From: a virus
Taxonomy: Duplodnaviria > Caudoviricetes
Virus record (IMG/VR): IMGVR_UViG_2568526092_000002
Coordinates: 1 to 64,000 of that record
Reading direction: 5' to 3' (one strand)
Length of the DNA: 64,000 bases
Positions within the stretch are counted from its first letter, which is position 1, and each line of letters starts with the position of its first letter. This document shows, one piece after another, positions 46,830-57,227 of the stretch. Both the position numbers and the translations under genes were made by a program. The notes beneath the pieces were generated by a model. It did no database searches. It was not told the origin of the DNA and saw nothing but the letters and a program-made list of their open reading frames with translations.

Positions 46830-49800
46830 CTACCTTGTTTTCTTCCAGTTCCAGATACTCCAAGAAGCTATCTTACCAAGAATGAGCCAGATGCGAGGTT
46901 TCTTTGGTTCTTCAGGAGTCTTCAGGATGCCGCCCTCCGGTCTCTCAATCGTCGTCTCAATTTCACGTTTAGGTCGTGTTGCGCCTTCCGCTTTCTCAAT
47001 ATCGACTTCAAAGACACGCTTAGGTCTGTCGGCTTCTTCTGACTTCTCAATACCGACCTCTACTGCCCTGGCTGGTCTAGCGGCCTCTTCCGGTTCAGCG
47101 ATGTGCGTCTCGATAGGTTCACGGTTATTCACAGATTCAGTGTCATCATGGATATCGGTCACAAGCTGTTTTCTCTTCCGTGTGGCAGAATCCAGTTCCT
47201 CAATGACCGATTCGTTTTGATACGAACTGTAGTCAGCGAGTTCTTCTTCCTGAATAACTGCGTTCATCTCCTTGCCGCTCGTAGCTTGCTCAGATTTATG
47301 GACGATGGCTTCAGCATTGGTTGTCGATGTTGCTGTCTCCATTTCCGAGATAGTTCCGACTTTCCTGCTATCATCAAGATAAGCTGACTCAACCTCATGA
47401 ATAACGCCCTCTGTAGAACCGTCAGGGTAATCTGCGGATTCTAACCCGAGAACGCCAGCTTCCTCTGAAGTAAAGGATGTTGCCCCTTCAATCTCAGACA
47501 GCACTGCATCTGCAGACTTGTTCTGCGTTGCCCCTTCCAGTTTGGTCTCTTCCATCTCGTACTCTCTGTCACCGTAGGTTACTGATTCCAGTTCGTGTAA
47601 AACGGACTCTCTTGCCACATCGCTCTGCCAAGCACCTTCAATTTTATGGAGGATAGATGGAGAGTTTCCGTCACTAATTCGAGCGCCTTCGATTTCATGG
47701 GTCACGCCTTCTTTGTCCGCCCGCTGTTCAGCTAACTCAATGCCGAACCATACTCCGTCTCTGCCTGTTTCATTGACTGCGGTCTCCGGTTTGTGCTCAT
47801 AGCCGACCTGCTTGGCATCTGACTGCTCTGCTGTCACCGTCTCCTGCATGACACCTTCAGCACTGGTCATATGGTCAGCCGTTTCTGGTCTTTCCATCAC
47901 CCCGTCATACTCCATGCCCGCCGAACCTGTCTCAATCCCTGCGACCACGCCTTCAGCGGTTGGGTCGGATACTGCTGTCTCAGGGAAATGTACTACGCCG
48001 TCCTTGGTAATGTCGGACTCTGCGGCAGTCAACGTGTTCGGTCTCAGCCCTTCTCCGAATGTGGTCTGCTCTGCCGATTCAATCGTCTGCATAATGCCGA
48101 TGTGCTTGTTCGCTTCAGAGATAGCCCGACCAATCTCAGACACGTCTGCTGTCCGGTGGAAGTCGAATAAAGATGCTCCTGACATTTCCTGCGGCATCGT
48201 TCCTTCCGGTTCGTTGATGTACCGTCCAGTAGAAGGATTTTCTACAGCAAGTTCTGCCCCTTTGTTATGCTCTGCCTGTACTTCATCCTGATTGGTGGCG
48301 ACGACTGTCACACCTGCGCCCGCCTGTTTCATTCTTTCAATCACAGCTTGTGTGATGGCAGGGAAGTCGGCTTGAGTAAAGCCTTGAGTGATGCTGTCTT
48401 GGATGATGTGCTCCATGCCAGCTTCGATTAAATCGACAGCTTTCGAGCCATACATAATCTCCATGAGCCGCACAGCCTTAAGGATTTCAGGAGACTCCGC
48501 AATCACGCCTTGTATCTGCTCGAACGTAACCAAGGATTGGACTTCAGCTTGCATACGCTCCGTGACTTCTGCATCCGTCATCTCTTCTACCTCTGCGTCC
48601 GTCCGGTCGCTGACATTATCTGCGCTCATGAATCTATCTACCAGTGGGTCACCGCCCACATAAATCTCAGCGTTGGTCACAAGTTGGATATCACTACTAC
48701 TGCTTATGAGGTGTCCGGCATCTGTCGCCGTCTCCACGTCAGCGGCGTACGCCTGATTGACCACTGCCTGTGAAGAGAACTCTAGTCTACCTTCGGCTTC
48801 AGAGTCGCTAGAAGCTTTTGTAATGCTCTCATTTCCCCATGCGTCCGAAGTGTACTCTGCCGACTCAAGACGATTCTCAGCACCGTTTGCAATGCTCGAT
48901 GCGCCTGTAAAGAAGGAGATTTCACCGCCCTTATCGAAGTAGAACGATTGCTCTAATACATCTGTTCTTGCATCGTAGTCCATCTCTACCTTGCCACTCT
49001 CCAATGCAGGGATGACCCCGCCCTCCTGCAGAGTGTCAGCAGTGCTTATCCGGTCAATTTCCAGAAACGAACCCGACTGGCTGTCAGTTACTTCAATGGT
49101 CTCAAACTGCCCGTCCCGCCTTGTCTCATACGTAAAGAACTCCTGAAGTTCTGCTGTTGCCCTTTTGTCCACGGTCTGCGTGGTTTCGATTCTAGCATCC
49201 TTGACATGTTTGGTAGCTTGACTGGACGACTCAATGATGTAAACGTCCTCACGGGTTGTCGATTCGGTATACAAGTCAAGGTGTGCAGGCTCATGAACCA
49301 ACGTTTCGTAGGCAATGCTCTCATGTAAATTAGAATCGTGTACGGTCTCGCCTTGAGTGAGCACCCCATCAATACCCCCTTCATAGACGGGTTGAATGAG
49401 GTCACCTGTCATCGTATCCTGCTGGCTGGCTTGCATGACCGTATCTGTCTGCCCAAACTCCTGCACGTCAACATTCTGATAGGTGTACACTTGGGTAAAA
49501 GTCTCAAGGTGAGTATCCTTGTGCGTGTCTACCATGATAAATTCACTCAGCATCGTCGGGTCATGGTAAAGCGTCTCTGTTACAGTGCGCTCGTTTACCT
49601 CTGCATCCCCGCCGCCGTAAGTATCTGTCAGCGTAGTTAGCGTCAGGTCTGCTTCATTCTGCTTCTCTGCATGAATATACGCTACGTCTTGTGCATCAAA
49701 AGCCATGTCGGATACTGCGTTCTCTGTCTGTGACAGAAATGCGTCCTCCGTGACTTCCAGCCGCCGTGCTTCTTCGATATTTTCAAGAGGTCCCTCTTGC

Positions 49801-50699
49801 CTTGTATCAGCCAATTCGTACGCTTTAAGGGAAGAATCCTTGGTACTAATCTCAGCAAGTTCGTAACCGAACTCCTTACTTTCACTCACAATGATTGCAT
49901 ACTCAACCGGATAGGATTCTCTGTCTGCCCTGTACATACCAACCTCTGCTGACTTGAAACGGGCAGTTTCTCCTTGCATCGTGATGTTAGGGTCATGGGT
50001 AGCAGTGCTCAGTAAAGCAATCTCCCCGTCCAAGATGTTTCTTACAATGTTCGACAAAACCGCCCGACCTTTTTCCGCATTAAGGCGAACCCCATTCTCA
50101 GCCGTGTCGAAGCCTGACATTTGAGCGTCCGCTGATATTCCTGAGGTATTGGACTCCAAGGCATGAATAACACTCTGCTTGTTAGATAGTGAAATGGATA
50201 CTCTGTTCCCTTCCTCAATGGAGACCTTCACGTCATAAAGATCACCGGAGGATAATTCGTCAAGAAGTGCCAGATGGTCTGTTCGACTGCCTTCTCTCAC
50301 CGCCGCACCTTCAGCATCAAGTACCTGCTCTAGCCTGCGTACGCTCTGTTGCTCTCCAGTTGTTACGTCCGTGACTGTTTCGCCGTTAAAATACTTATGT
50401 ATGCCCGACAAATACGATACGATAGATGCGACTACAGTCTCCACCTCAAAACCGTCATACTGAGTGACGTACTCAGCACTCCCTAGCCGCCCGAATAATC
50501 CAGTAGCCGAGTGAGGCACTTTATTTGCGCCCTTCATGGTATCTTCAATCAGTGTTCGATAGGTACTGTTAACGGGAGCGGTCAGGTGATATTGATTGTT
50601 TGCATTGATAATCTGCTCAAACCCAATTGTCAGTTCATAGCCCTTTTTAGAAAAAAGGGCGGTGAAGCTGATCAGGTAAGATTTCTTACCGTTCATCAT
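46830..50699 (-). CDS. 1289-aa acidic repeat protein
   Basis: Very Glu/Asp/Thr-rich with ~15-aa quasi-repeats (e.g. EGVIHEVESA); basic Trp-rich C-terminal tail. Confidence 0.7.
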   Translation of the reverse strand: MMNGKKSYLISFTALFSKKGYELTIGFEQIINANNQYHLTAPVNSTYRTLIEDTMKGANKVPHSATGLFGRLGSAEYVTQYDGFEVETVVASIVSYLSGIHKYFNGETVTDVTTGEQQSVRRLEQVLDAEGAAVREGSRTDHLALLDELSSGDLYDVKVSIEEGNRVSISLSNKQSVIHALESNTSGISADAQMSGFDTAENGVRLNAEKGRAVLSNIVRNILDGEIALLSTATHDPNITMQGETARFKSAEVGMYRADRESYPVEYAIIVSESKEFGYELAEISTKDSSLKAYELADTRQEGPLENIEEARRLEVTEDAFLSQTENAVSDMAFDAQDVAYIHAEKQNEADLTLTTLTDTYGGGDAEVNERTVTETLYHDPTMLSEFIMVDTHKDTHLETFTQVYTYQNVDVQEFGQTDTVMQASQQDTMTGDLIQPVYEGGIDGVLTQGETVHDSNLHESIAYETLVHEPAHLDLYTESTTREDVYIIESSSQATKHVKDARIETTQTVDKRATAELQEFFTYETRRDGQFETIEVTDSQSGSFLEIDRISTADTLQEGGVIPALESGKVEMDYDARTDVLEQSFYFDKGGEISFFTGASSIANGAENRLESAEYTSDAWGNESITKASSDSEAEGRLEFSSQAVVNQAYAADVETATDAGHLISSSSDIQLVTNAEIYVGGDPLVDRFMSADNVSDRTDAEVEEMTDAEVTERMQAEVQSLVTFEQIQGVIAESPEILKAVRLMEIMYGSKAVDLIEAGMEHIIQDSITQGFTQADFPAITQAVIERMKQAGAGVTVVATNQDEVQAEHNKGAELAVENPSTGRYINEPEGTMPQEMSGASLFDFHRTADVSEIGRAISEANKHIGIMQTIESAEQTTFGEGLRPNTLTAAESDITKDGVVHFPETAVSDPTAEGVVAGIETGSAGMEYDGVMERPETADHMTSAEGVMQETVTAEQSDAKQVGYEHKPETAVNETGRDGVWFGIELAEQRADKEGVTHEIEGARISDGNSPSILHKIEGAWQSDVARESVLHELESVTYGDREYEMEETKLEGATQNKSADAVLSEIEGATSFTSEEAGVLGLESADYPDGSTEGVIHEVESAYLDDSRKVGTISEMETATSTTNAEAIVHKSEQATSGKEMNAVIQEEELADYSSYQNESVIEELDSATRKRKQLVTDIHDDTESVNNREPIETHIAEPEEAARPARAVEVGIEKSEEADRPKRVFEVDIEKAEGATRPKREIETTIERPEGGILKTPEEPKKPRIWLILGKIASWSIWNWKKTR

Positions 50700-50725
50700 T
50701 CACCGCCAACCTCCCTTGCTATTTA

Positions 50726-52546
50726 TTACGAGTTCTTCTTCAACGTTTCTTTCAGGATGCCGAGACCAATTGGGGCAAACGGCGACATGTTAGCCAATGT
50801 GAACGGACTGACAGGTGTGTCTGCCAACGTGTAGCGGTAAAGTTGCTTGTACTCGTAAGTAGCAAGGACTTCCGATTCAGCCACAGGTGCTTTTCCGTCA
50901 AGGAAGTTGATTGTCTTCGTCTCGATATCAACTGTGTAGTCTGTGCCGAGCACTTGGTCTACGCAATCCACCTGAACTTCCAACTTAAACGGAGTTCCGT
51001 CATCCTTCAGAGAAGGCGAGTGCGCCATATGGAAGACTTTGTTTACGCCTGTGCCCTTGCCCACTTCTTCATGGTCGGATGTCTCCACTACTTCAAGTTC
51101 ATCGAGTTGGGAAATGTTCTTAGGGTGTACGGCGTAACATTCATCCAGCTTACCTACAAAACCATCATTCGGGTGAACAATGTACATCGGGGAGATGTGA
51201 TACTTACCACTATAAACCGATGGATTAAATCGGGACTCACCCGCATCAACGTTCTTATCGTGCGTTATGAACGCGAGGTAATGCTGTTGGTAGTATGTAC
51301 CACCGATGGACTGTTGAAGCTGTACCCCGCGGTTTCCGTTGGATGTGTTGTTACCGTAGTCGACGTAAATCGCACCCAACTTCATGTCTTTCTTCCATAC
51401 AACTTCGTCTGCTTCCCGACAACCAGAGATAATGACATTGTTTTTGCGAGGGGACTTACCAAGAGTCGTTAGCCGCCCGATGTACAATGGAGCGAAGTAA
51501 GTATTCTCAGCGCCCGGAGTAGGATCTGGACGGAAAAACATTACGATTCGGTCTTTGGTCACATTCCCCCAATAGTACATCGTACTATCACGTTGCCATC
51601 CTCTATCAAAGTTCTGCAACGGAGTGAAGGACAGAGCCGTTGGCAGGGATGGATAGATGTAATAAATGGATGAGTAAACAGCATTCATTAGATCATTCGG
51701 TTTATCGGGGTCAAAGTTCTTGACTGTGATGTCACCGTAATTCAGCGTTTGGTTTCCAGTGGCATTCAGAATTCTGATGTAGGATGCGTGTAATTCTGCG
51801 CCTGCGTCTGGTGCTTTGCCAACGAACGTTACACTATTTTTAGTGTAGTCAACTGTGTATAACGTTGAATCCTGTTCAACCTGATTCACATAAACCCTTA
51901 CAGTGTCCGCTTTAATCGTCGCCACCGTTGGGATTTGGAACAACTTACGAGTTCCATCACCATCCGGTAAAATGGATTCAGGGTCACCAACGACTACAGA
52001 ACCGCTAACACCTTGTACGATTCGTTCGCCCCGCACATCATCGAATGTGAAGAAGTACATGCGCTTCACTGGCTGAGGTGCAATTGGAGATGGGGAGTAG
52101 TTTGCTGTAATTGCGTCAGTCGGCAATGGTGCAGACGTGAATGTGATGATACCGTTCGTTTCATCAAGAACGTAGTCTGTAGAAGCAACAGCGTTACCGT
52201 TCTTATAGACGATGACAGAATCTCTGAGTACAGGGAACACTTGGAAGTGGAACTTCGTGTTTAATGTCTCGTTTTCAATCAACGCACCAAGTACGGAGTT
52301 CTGAGAAATAAACTCTTGCTCGCCCAAGGTTGGATTGCTTTTCTTGCCGTATCCGTAAACCATGCCGAAGTTCCGCATTTGGTTGTCCGAGCCGAGAGAC
52401 CGGAACAAGCGGACATCTGCGAACTTCTGACCGTCTTGAGATACGGAGCGGTACTTTATGAATGTATCCCATCCCTTGGAGTTAAACAGTGCTTCAAGGT
52501 CTTTAGGGAATAGCTGAATCGTGGAATCTCCATCAAACCAACTCAC
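50726..52546 (-). CDS. Virion structural protein, paralogue 1 (with three small beta repeats)
   Basis: APLYIGRL...YYQQHYL...FNPSVYSGKYH...VHPNDG shared with the next two genes; repeats of V.VY.NG...Y..D...ITF..AP. Confidence 0.65.
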   Translation of the reverse strand: MSWFDGDSTIQLFPKDLEALFNSKGWDTFIKYRSVSQDGQKFADVRLFRSLGSDNQMRNFGMVYGYGKKSNPTLGEQEFISQNSVLGALIENETLNTKFHFQVFPVLRDSVIVYKNGNAVASTDYVLDETNGIITFTSAPLPTDAITANYSPSPIAPQPVKRMYFFTFDDVRGERIVQGVSGSVVVGDPESILPDGDGTRKLFQIPTVATIKADTVRVYVNQVEQDSTLYTVDYTKNSVTFVGKAPDAGAELHASYIRILNATGNQTLNYGDITVKNFDPDKPNDLMNAVYSSIYYIYPSLPTALSFTPLQNFDRGWQRDSTMYYWGNVTKDRIVMFFRPDPTPGAENTYFAPLYIGRLTTLGKSPRKNNVIISGCREADEVVWKKDMKLGAIYVDYGNNTSNGNRGVQLQQSIGGTYYQQHYLAFITHDKNVDAGESRFNPSVYSGKYHISPMYIVHPNDGFVGKLDECYAVHPKNISQLDELEVVETSDHEEVGKGTGVNKVFHMAHSPSLKDDGTPFKLEVQVDCVDQVLGTDYTVDIETKTINFLDGKAPVAESEVLATYEYKQLYRYTLADTPVSPFTLANMSPFAPIGLGILKETLKKNS

Positions 52547-52634
52547 GATAAATCACCTCTCGTTTGGAATTACCCTGCCGGTTATCCTGACTAAATATAC
52601 TTATTTAATAGGAATTTATGCCAGGGCTATATTG

Positions 52635-54113
52635 TTATGGGGTTGTAGGCTGTGTCGGTGTAGGTGTCGGAGTGACCTCCACGCCTTCATCATCTACAGT
52701 ATTTAAGTACAATCCAATACCCGCTGGACGGTACTGAGTTCCCGGCTTACTTGTCAGTGGGGATACACCCTCAACCAAGAAGTAACGGAATACATCGAAT
52801 TCATCTGGGCAGTGATCCTTCTTCACACGCAGTTTGTTTGCGTTAAAGGACAGCGCCGATAATGCGATGGTGTCTTTCAGTGCTCCCCGCACCCCTTCTT
52901 CTGGATGAACCACGTACAGCTTGGAAGTGTGAACCTTACCGCTGTATCGGGAAGGGTTAAAGGAATACTTGTAAAGAGGATTCTCAGCGTTGTTCCAAGC
53001 CCGCGGATAGTCTCGCTTGCCATCCTGCGAAGTACGCATTGGAGGGATGGCATTGGCTGGTGCGTTCCAAGACAGGTAGTACGCCTGATATCGAGCACCG
53101 AGTTTACCACGGCTGACCATAACGTTGTCCAATCCGTTCGCAGGATTCTTAGGGTAGGTTTTCATCAGCGGCATGATGTTCGGTTGTCTCTTCGTCGTAT
53201 CATCGAAGTCGTACTCAGCGATAGCAGTCAACCCCGCTGAACCTGTCTGTGTCACGATAGGTACACTACCTGCGAACATTGCGTAGGCATCATCACCTTC
53301 TTCAATGGCATCCAGCTTACCGAAGTAGAGAGGAATGATTGGAACAAGGTTTCCTTCCGGTGCAGGTACGTTGTCACATTGGATGATGAAAAACAGGCTA
53401 TCTCCGTTCAAGTGACCTTTAATAGAGATTTCTGAGTCAGCCCACCAGTTCGTATTTTGAATCGCATAGTTGATATCGTCGTCGTGGTATTTTTCCAAAA
53501 GGTTGGTGCGAAGACCAGCTTGCATGATTGGAGACTGCATCCGATTCCCTTCAGCTTTAGATACAGTGAAGGTAGCCGTCGAGCCTGTGCCTACCCAACC
53601 TGCCGCTTCTACTTCGATATCCAGAGCCGCCCGTTTAAGGTCGCCCGAGTTAATCCAAGGCAGTGTTACGTCAGAGTAGTTAGGCATAAGTCCCGCCAAA
53701 TTCTCGACCATATAGAAGTACAGAGTCTGAGGGGAACGATACTTACGGAACTCGTTTGTAGCCCATTCTGAGAACACCGCAAGTGTTGCAGGAGCCGGAG
53801 CTTTAGAATCAGGTGACTTGTTTAGCTTCCGAAGTTGACCAAGGTTCTGATTCCATGTACCAAGAACAGCAACGCCAAACATCTTGCCCGCAGTGTTCTT
53901 GTAAATGAAGTGCTCCGCCACGTAGATTGGAATGTCGGCCGAATCAAGACCGGTGTACGTGCTTCGCATAATACCTGCATCAAAAACCACTTTCTTAAAA
54001 TTAGCGACCGTATCCCATCCTTGAGTAGCAAGTAGGTCTCCTAACCGAGGTTGAATATCCTGTTCCGTTACTTTCGGGGTAAACGATGCAGGAGTTGTGT
54101 CGATAAATGGCAT
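52635..54113 (-). CDS. Virion structural protein, paralogue 2
   Basis: NWWADS...PLYFGKL...GARYQAYYLSW...FNPSRYSGKVH...VHPEEG. Confidence 0.65.
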   Translation of the reverse strand: MPFIDTTPASFTPKVTEQDIQPRLGDLLATQGWDTVANFKKVVFDAGIMRSTYTGLDSADIPIYVAEHFIYKNTAGKMFGVAVLGTWNQNLGQLRKLNKSPDSKAPAPATLAVFSEWATNEFRKYRSPQTLYFYMVENLAGLMPNYSDVTLPWINSGDLKRAALDIEVEAAGWVGTGSTATFTVSKAEGNRMQSPIMQAGLRTNLLEKYHDDDINYAIQNTNWWADSEISIKGHLNGDSLFFIIQCDNVPAPEGNLVPIIPLYFGKLDAIEEGDDAYAMFAGSVPIVTQTGSAGLTAIAEYDFDDTTKRQPNIMPLMKTYPKNPANGLDNVMVSRGKLGARYQAYYLSWNAPANAIPPMRTSQDGKRDYPRAWNNAENPLYKYSFNPSRYSGKVHTSKLYVVHPEEGVRGALKDTIALSALSFNANKLRVKKDHCPDEFDVFRYFLVEGVSPLTSKPGTQYRPAGIGLYLNTVDDEGVEVTPTPTPTQPTTP

Positions 54114-54161
54114 TTAAATAGCACCCCTTTACTTATTAGCTTTATATAGCAAGTCCTGCTG

Positions 54162-56822
54162 TTACACAGGACAGTTTACCAGGTATTCCCACGACGAACT
54201 TGACCCCGAACTGGAGGACATGACCACCTTTATTTGTGTTACGCCGCCAACAGGACTGTATTGAAATTGGAGTGAACCTCCGTTAGATACTTCCATGTTG
54301 GTGCTGGCAAGCAACTGGTTCTGATAGTAAACATCCATACGGTCAGCTACCCCATACATGTTGTAGGTGATAACGACTCGTCCAGATGAATTGCCCATCT
54401 CATGCAGTTTCTCCGTATAAGCACCGCCGCCAGAATCGTTCAGCTTACCGCACTGCAATGTATTAGCCGGTGGGGGTGGTGGAGGTGGTGGGGGCACGTA
54501 CTTGGCAGTTACCGTTATGGTTGCCGTAGCCGTTGCCTGCTGACCTATTTCATTCCACACCGTAAGCTTGACCGAATACGTGCCGACATTGCTGAACGTA
54601 AACGTTGCATTATCGACTGTATACAAGCCCTTTTTCACGTCACTCGTCACTTCCCACCTGTAATTCGTAATAGGGGAGTGCTTACTGTACAGCGATGTGA
54701 ACTTGATTGACGTGTCCTCTTCTATGCTTGAATAACCAGGGTCGATTGACAGAATCAGAGCTGGAGATTCAGGCGGTGCAGGAGGAATCTCAGGAAGAGT
54801 GTACCCCGCCTTTAGAATGCCGAGAGCGGCAGGTCTGTATGGCGTTGCAGGCCTCTTTGTCAGTGGCGAAATTCCTTCGACCAAGTAGTAAGAGTAAACC
54901 TCATACCTATTCTCGTCGTCACAGTAATCTCTCACAGCCTTTAACTCGTCACCATTCATTATAGTTAAGGGAGAGGTTAAAATAACGTTTCGCAGTGTTC
55001 CGAACGTACCATCTTCAGGATGAACCAGAAGTGCACGGGATGAATGGGCTTTCCCGCTGTACCTTGACGGACTGAACTGGTACTTGTATTGCTCGTTCAT
55101 GTAATCTTTCCAAGCCCTTGGGTGCTTACGGTTGTCAGCATTTTCCCTTAGCGGTGGCATAGAATTAGAAGGAACATTCCAAGACAGGTAATGCGCCTGA
55201 TACCTTGCACCGAACTTATTTCGCTTGACCATAATGGAGTCAATACCGTTACTTGGGAAGTGCGGATACTCCTTCATAACAGGAAGCAAAACCTCTTGCT
55301 TGATGCTTGCATCGTCATAATTAAATTTACCAGACTGCTTGAGAGCGTCTTCTACAGTAGCCCCGTCCTTGTTGTATGCCGTCCCTGAGAATAAGGCAGA
55401 AGGTGTGCCTTCAGCGTTTCGATTGGTCTCGATATGAATCTCAAGAAACATCCGACCGGATACCGGAGTGTAGCCACTCACTCCATCTCCACTCACTGCT
55501 TCAATGGTCACAGAGGACATGCCCTCGATTCCCGTGATATCGAATTGCCCCATCAACTGAGCATCGTTCCTGTTACTTGTCGGCTCTACCGCCCCGATGG
55601 TATTGAACTTCCCTATCTCCTGTCCTGCGATGGTCAGCGTGACAGCTTCGTCAGGCATGTCGCCGTCCGTGTCACCCATTAGCCATACTTTTACATATGA
55701 CCCCGCATTAACCATTGGCTTGCCTGAGATAATTGTGGAAGTCTTCGTCTGCTTCCGGTAGAAGTCGAACGTGATATCCCGATTAATAACCTCTTCTGTC
55801 AAGCCGTTAACATCGAAGTCTCCCATGTAGAGAGGAATCGCAGGTACGGCGTTGTCATCCCAAACGGGAGCAGTGTCCGCAACTATAATCAGCATGAGCG
55901 ACTTACCGTCCACGAACCCTTTGACGAACACCTTACTGTCGTCCCACCAGTTCGTAAATTTTACGTCAACGAAGGCAATCTTCTCTGTGTGCTCAAGCTG
56001 AGGGATTCTTGTATGGGACGTGACTATTGGCGACTGGTACATCTGAGGGAAGGAATCAGTAATTCGTGACTGAAGAGCGTTTGTATTATCGTCCAGCCCC
56101 CACATGCTTGTCTGCACTTCAACATCCAAAGCCACCCGTTTCAATTCATTGACGTTCTCCCACCCAACCAACATCTTCCCGTTTCCAATCCACTTCTCAA
56201 GCTGGTAGAAGTAAAGCGTATGCCGCTCAAAGAGGGCATCTTCGTTAGCCTTCTGAATCGCCCAAGAGAATACGCCGCTGTCCTGCGGTGTTAACTGAGT
56301 ACCGTAATCGGCATTTTTGTCATAGATTGCGAATGGTACTTTACAGTCCGTCCGTCCAATCTGCTCATTAATGTGAGCCAGCATTGCCATGCCAAACAGG
56401 TTTCCCGATATATTTTTGACGACGATGTGCTTGGTCACATAGAAGTCGAAGGTGTCTGCTGACCCGACCGTGCTGTAGTAAATTGCTACCTGACCGGATA
56501 CCCCTGCTTCAAAGGTAATCGTGATGGTTTCGTCAGTGTTCTTGACCGCTATGTAATAGGATGTTGGAGCAATCTCTCCATCAAGGAAGATGTAGTAATC
56601 ATCGTTCAGTACCTTAGGCAAGTCTATTTCAGGGTTAGCCATCGGAAGGTAGAAACGCTTGATTGTTGGCTTGGTCAGCTTGTTGGAGTAGGTTACCTTA
56701 GTAAACTCAGCTACCTTTGACCAGCCGTTGGTTGTCATGATACCAGCAAGCCCTTCTAGCAAAAACTCTTCATTTATGGTCGTGTCGAGCCAAGGCGTTG
56801 GCTGGTATGACGTATCTGCCAT
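54162..56822 (-). CDS. Virion structural protein, paralogue 3, with PKD domain and Pro-linked terminal domain
   Basis: Same core motifs; YRWEV...TFSNVGTYSVKLTVWN (PKD-like); PPPPPPPP linker. Confidence 0.7.
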   Translation of the reverse strand: MADTSYQPTPWLDTTINEEFLLEGLAGIMTTNGWSKVAEFTKVTYSNKLTKPTIKRFYLPMANPEIDLPKVLNDDYYIFLDGEIAPTSYYIAVKNTDETITITFEAGVSGQVAIYYSTVGSADTFDFYVTKHIVVKNISGNLFGMAMLAHINEQIGRTDCKVPFAIYDKNADYGTQLTPQDSGVFSWAIQKANEDALFERHTLYFYQLEKWIGNGKMLVGWENVNELKRVALDVEVQTSMWGLDDNTNALQSRITDSFPQMYQSPIVTSHTRIPQLEHTEKIAFVDVKFTNWWDDSKVFVKGFVDGKSLMLIIVADTAPVWDDNAVPAIPLYMGDFDVNGLTEEVINRDITFDFYRKQTKTSTIISGKPMVNAGSYVKVWLMGDTDGDMPDEAVTLTIAGQEIGKFNTIGAVEPTSNRNDAQLMGQFDITGIEGMSSVTIEAVSGDGVSGYTPVSGRMFLEIHIETNRNAEGTPSALFSGTAYNKDGATVEDALKQSGKFNYDDASIKQEVLLPVMKEYPHFPSNGIDSIMVKRNKFGARYQAHYLSWNVPSNSMPPLRENADNRKHPRAWKDYMNEQYKYQFSPSRYSGKAHSSRALLVHPEDGTFGTLRNVILTSPLTIMNGDELKAVRDYCDDENRYEVYSYYLVEGISPLTKRPATPYRPAALGILKAGYTLPEIPPAPPESPALILSIDPGYSSIEEDTSIKFTSLYSKHSPITNYRWEVTSDVKKGLYTVDNATFTFSNVGTYSVKLTVWNEIGQQATATATITVTAKYVPPPPPPPPPANTLQCGKLNDSGGGAYTEKLHEMGNSSGRVVITYNMYGVADRMDVYYQNQLLASTNMEVSNGGSLQFQYSPVGGVTQIKVVMSSSSGSSSSWEYLVNCPV

Positions 56823-56837
56823 TTAATCACCTCCTTT

Positions 56838-57224
56838 CTATTTGAGCGTTTGGTAGTTTGCCCATACTACCTTAGGCTTGCCGCCCTCATTAAAGAACTC
56901 AAAGTGAAGTTGTGTTCCCTGCTTACATGGGATAATCGCCGTCAGGTACATCCCCTCCGGTAAATCCTTCGTGTAAATGTTCTTACATACCAGCCGTTCC
57001 CCTACGTACAAGTTCCAATAGTCTCTTGCTTCATAGTTGGATACGCCGACTGCAACGGAAAGCAACTCACAATCCTCTTGAATGGTCAACTTGTGTTCGA
57101 CCTTGCCCGCCATTGGGGACTCTATCATAATCCCTTCAATGTACGGGTTCGTTTTGGTAGGCATAAAAGGAGGGTCGAGTCTACCGCCTACCAGATAACT
57201 CGCAAAATTTGCTCCGCTAGACAT
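56838..57224 (-). CDS. Tail-region protein (GGRLDPP domain)
   Basis: 128 aa within the tail operon; paralogous to the N-terminus of 12502..13620. Confidence 0.75.
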   Translation of the reverse strand: MSSGANFASYLVGGRLDPPFMPTKTNPYIEGIMIESPMAGKVEHKLTIQEDCELLSVAVGVSNYEARDYWNLYVGERLVCKNIYTKDLPEGMYLTAIIPCKQGTQLHFEFFNEGGKPKVVWANYQTLK

Positions 57225-57227
57225 TCA

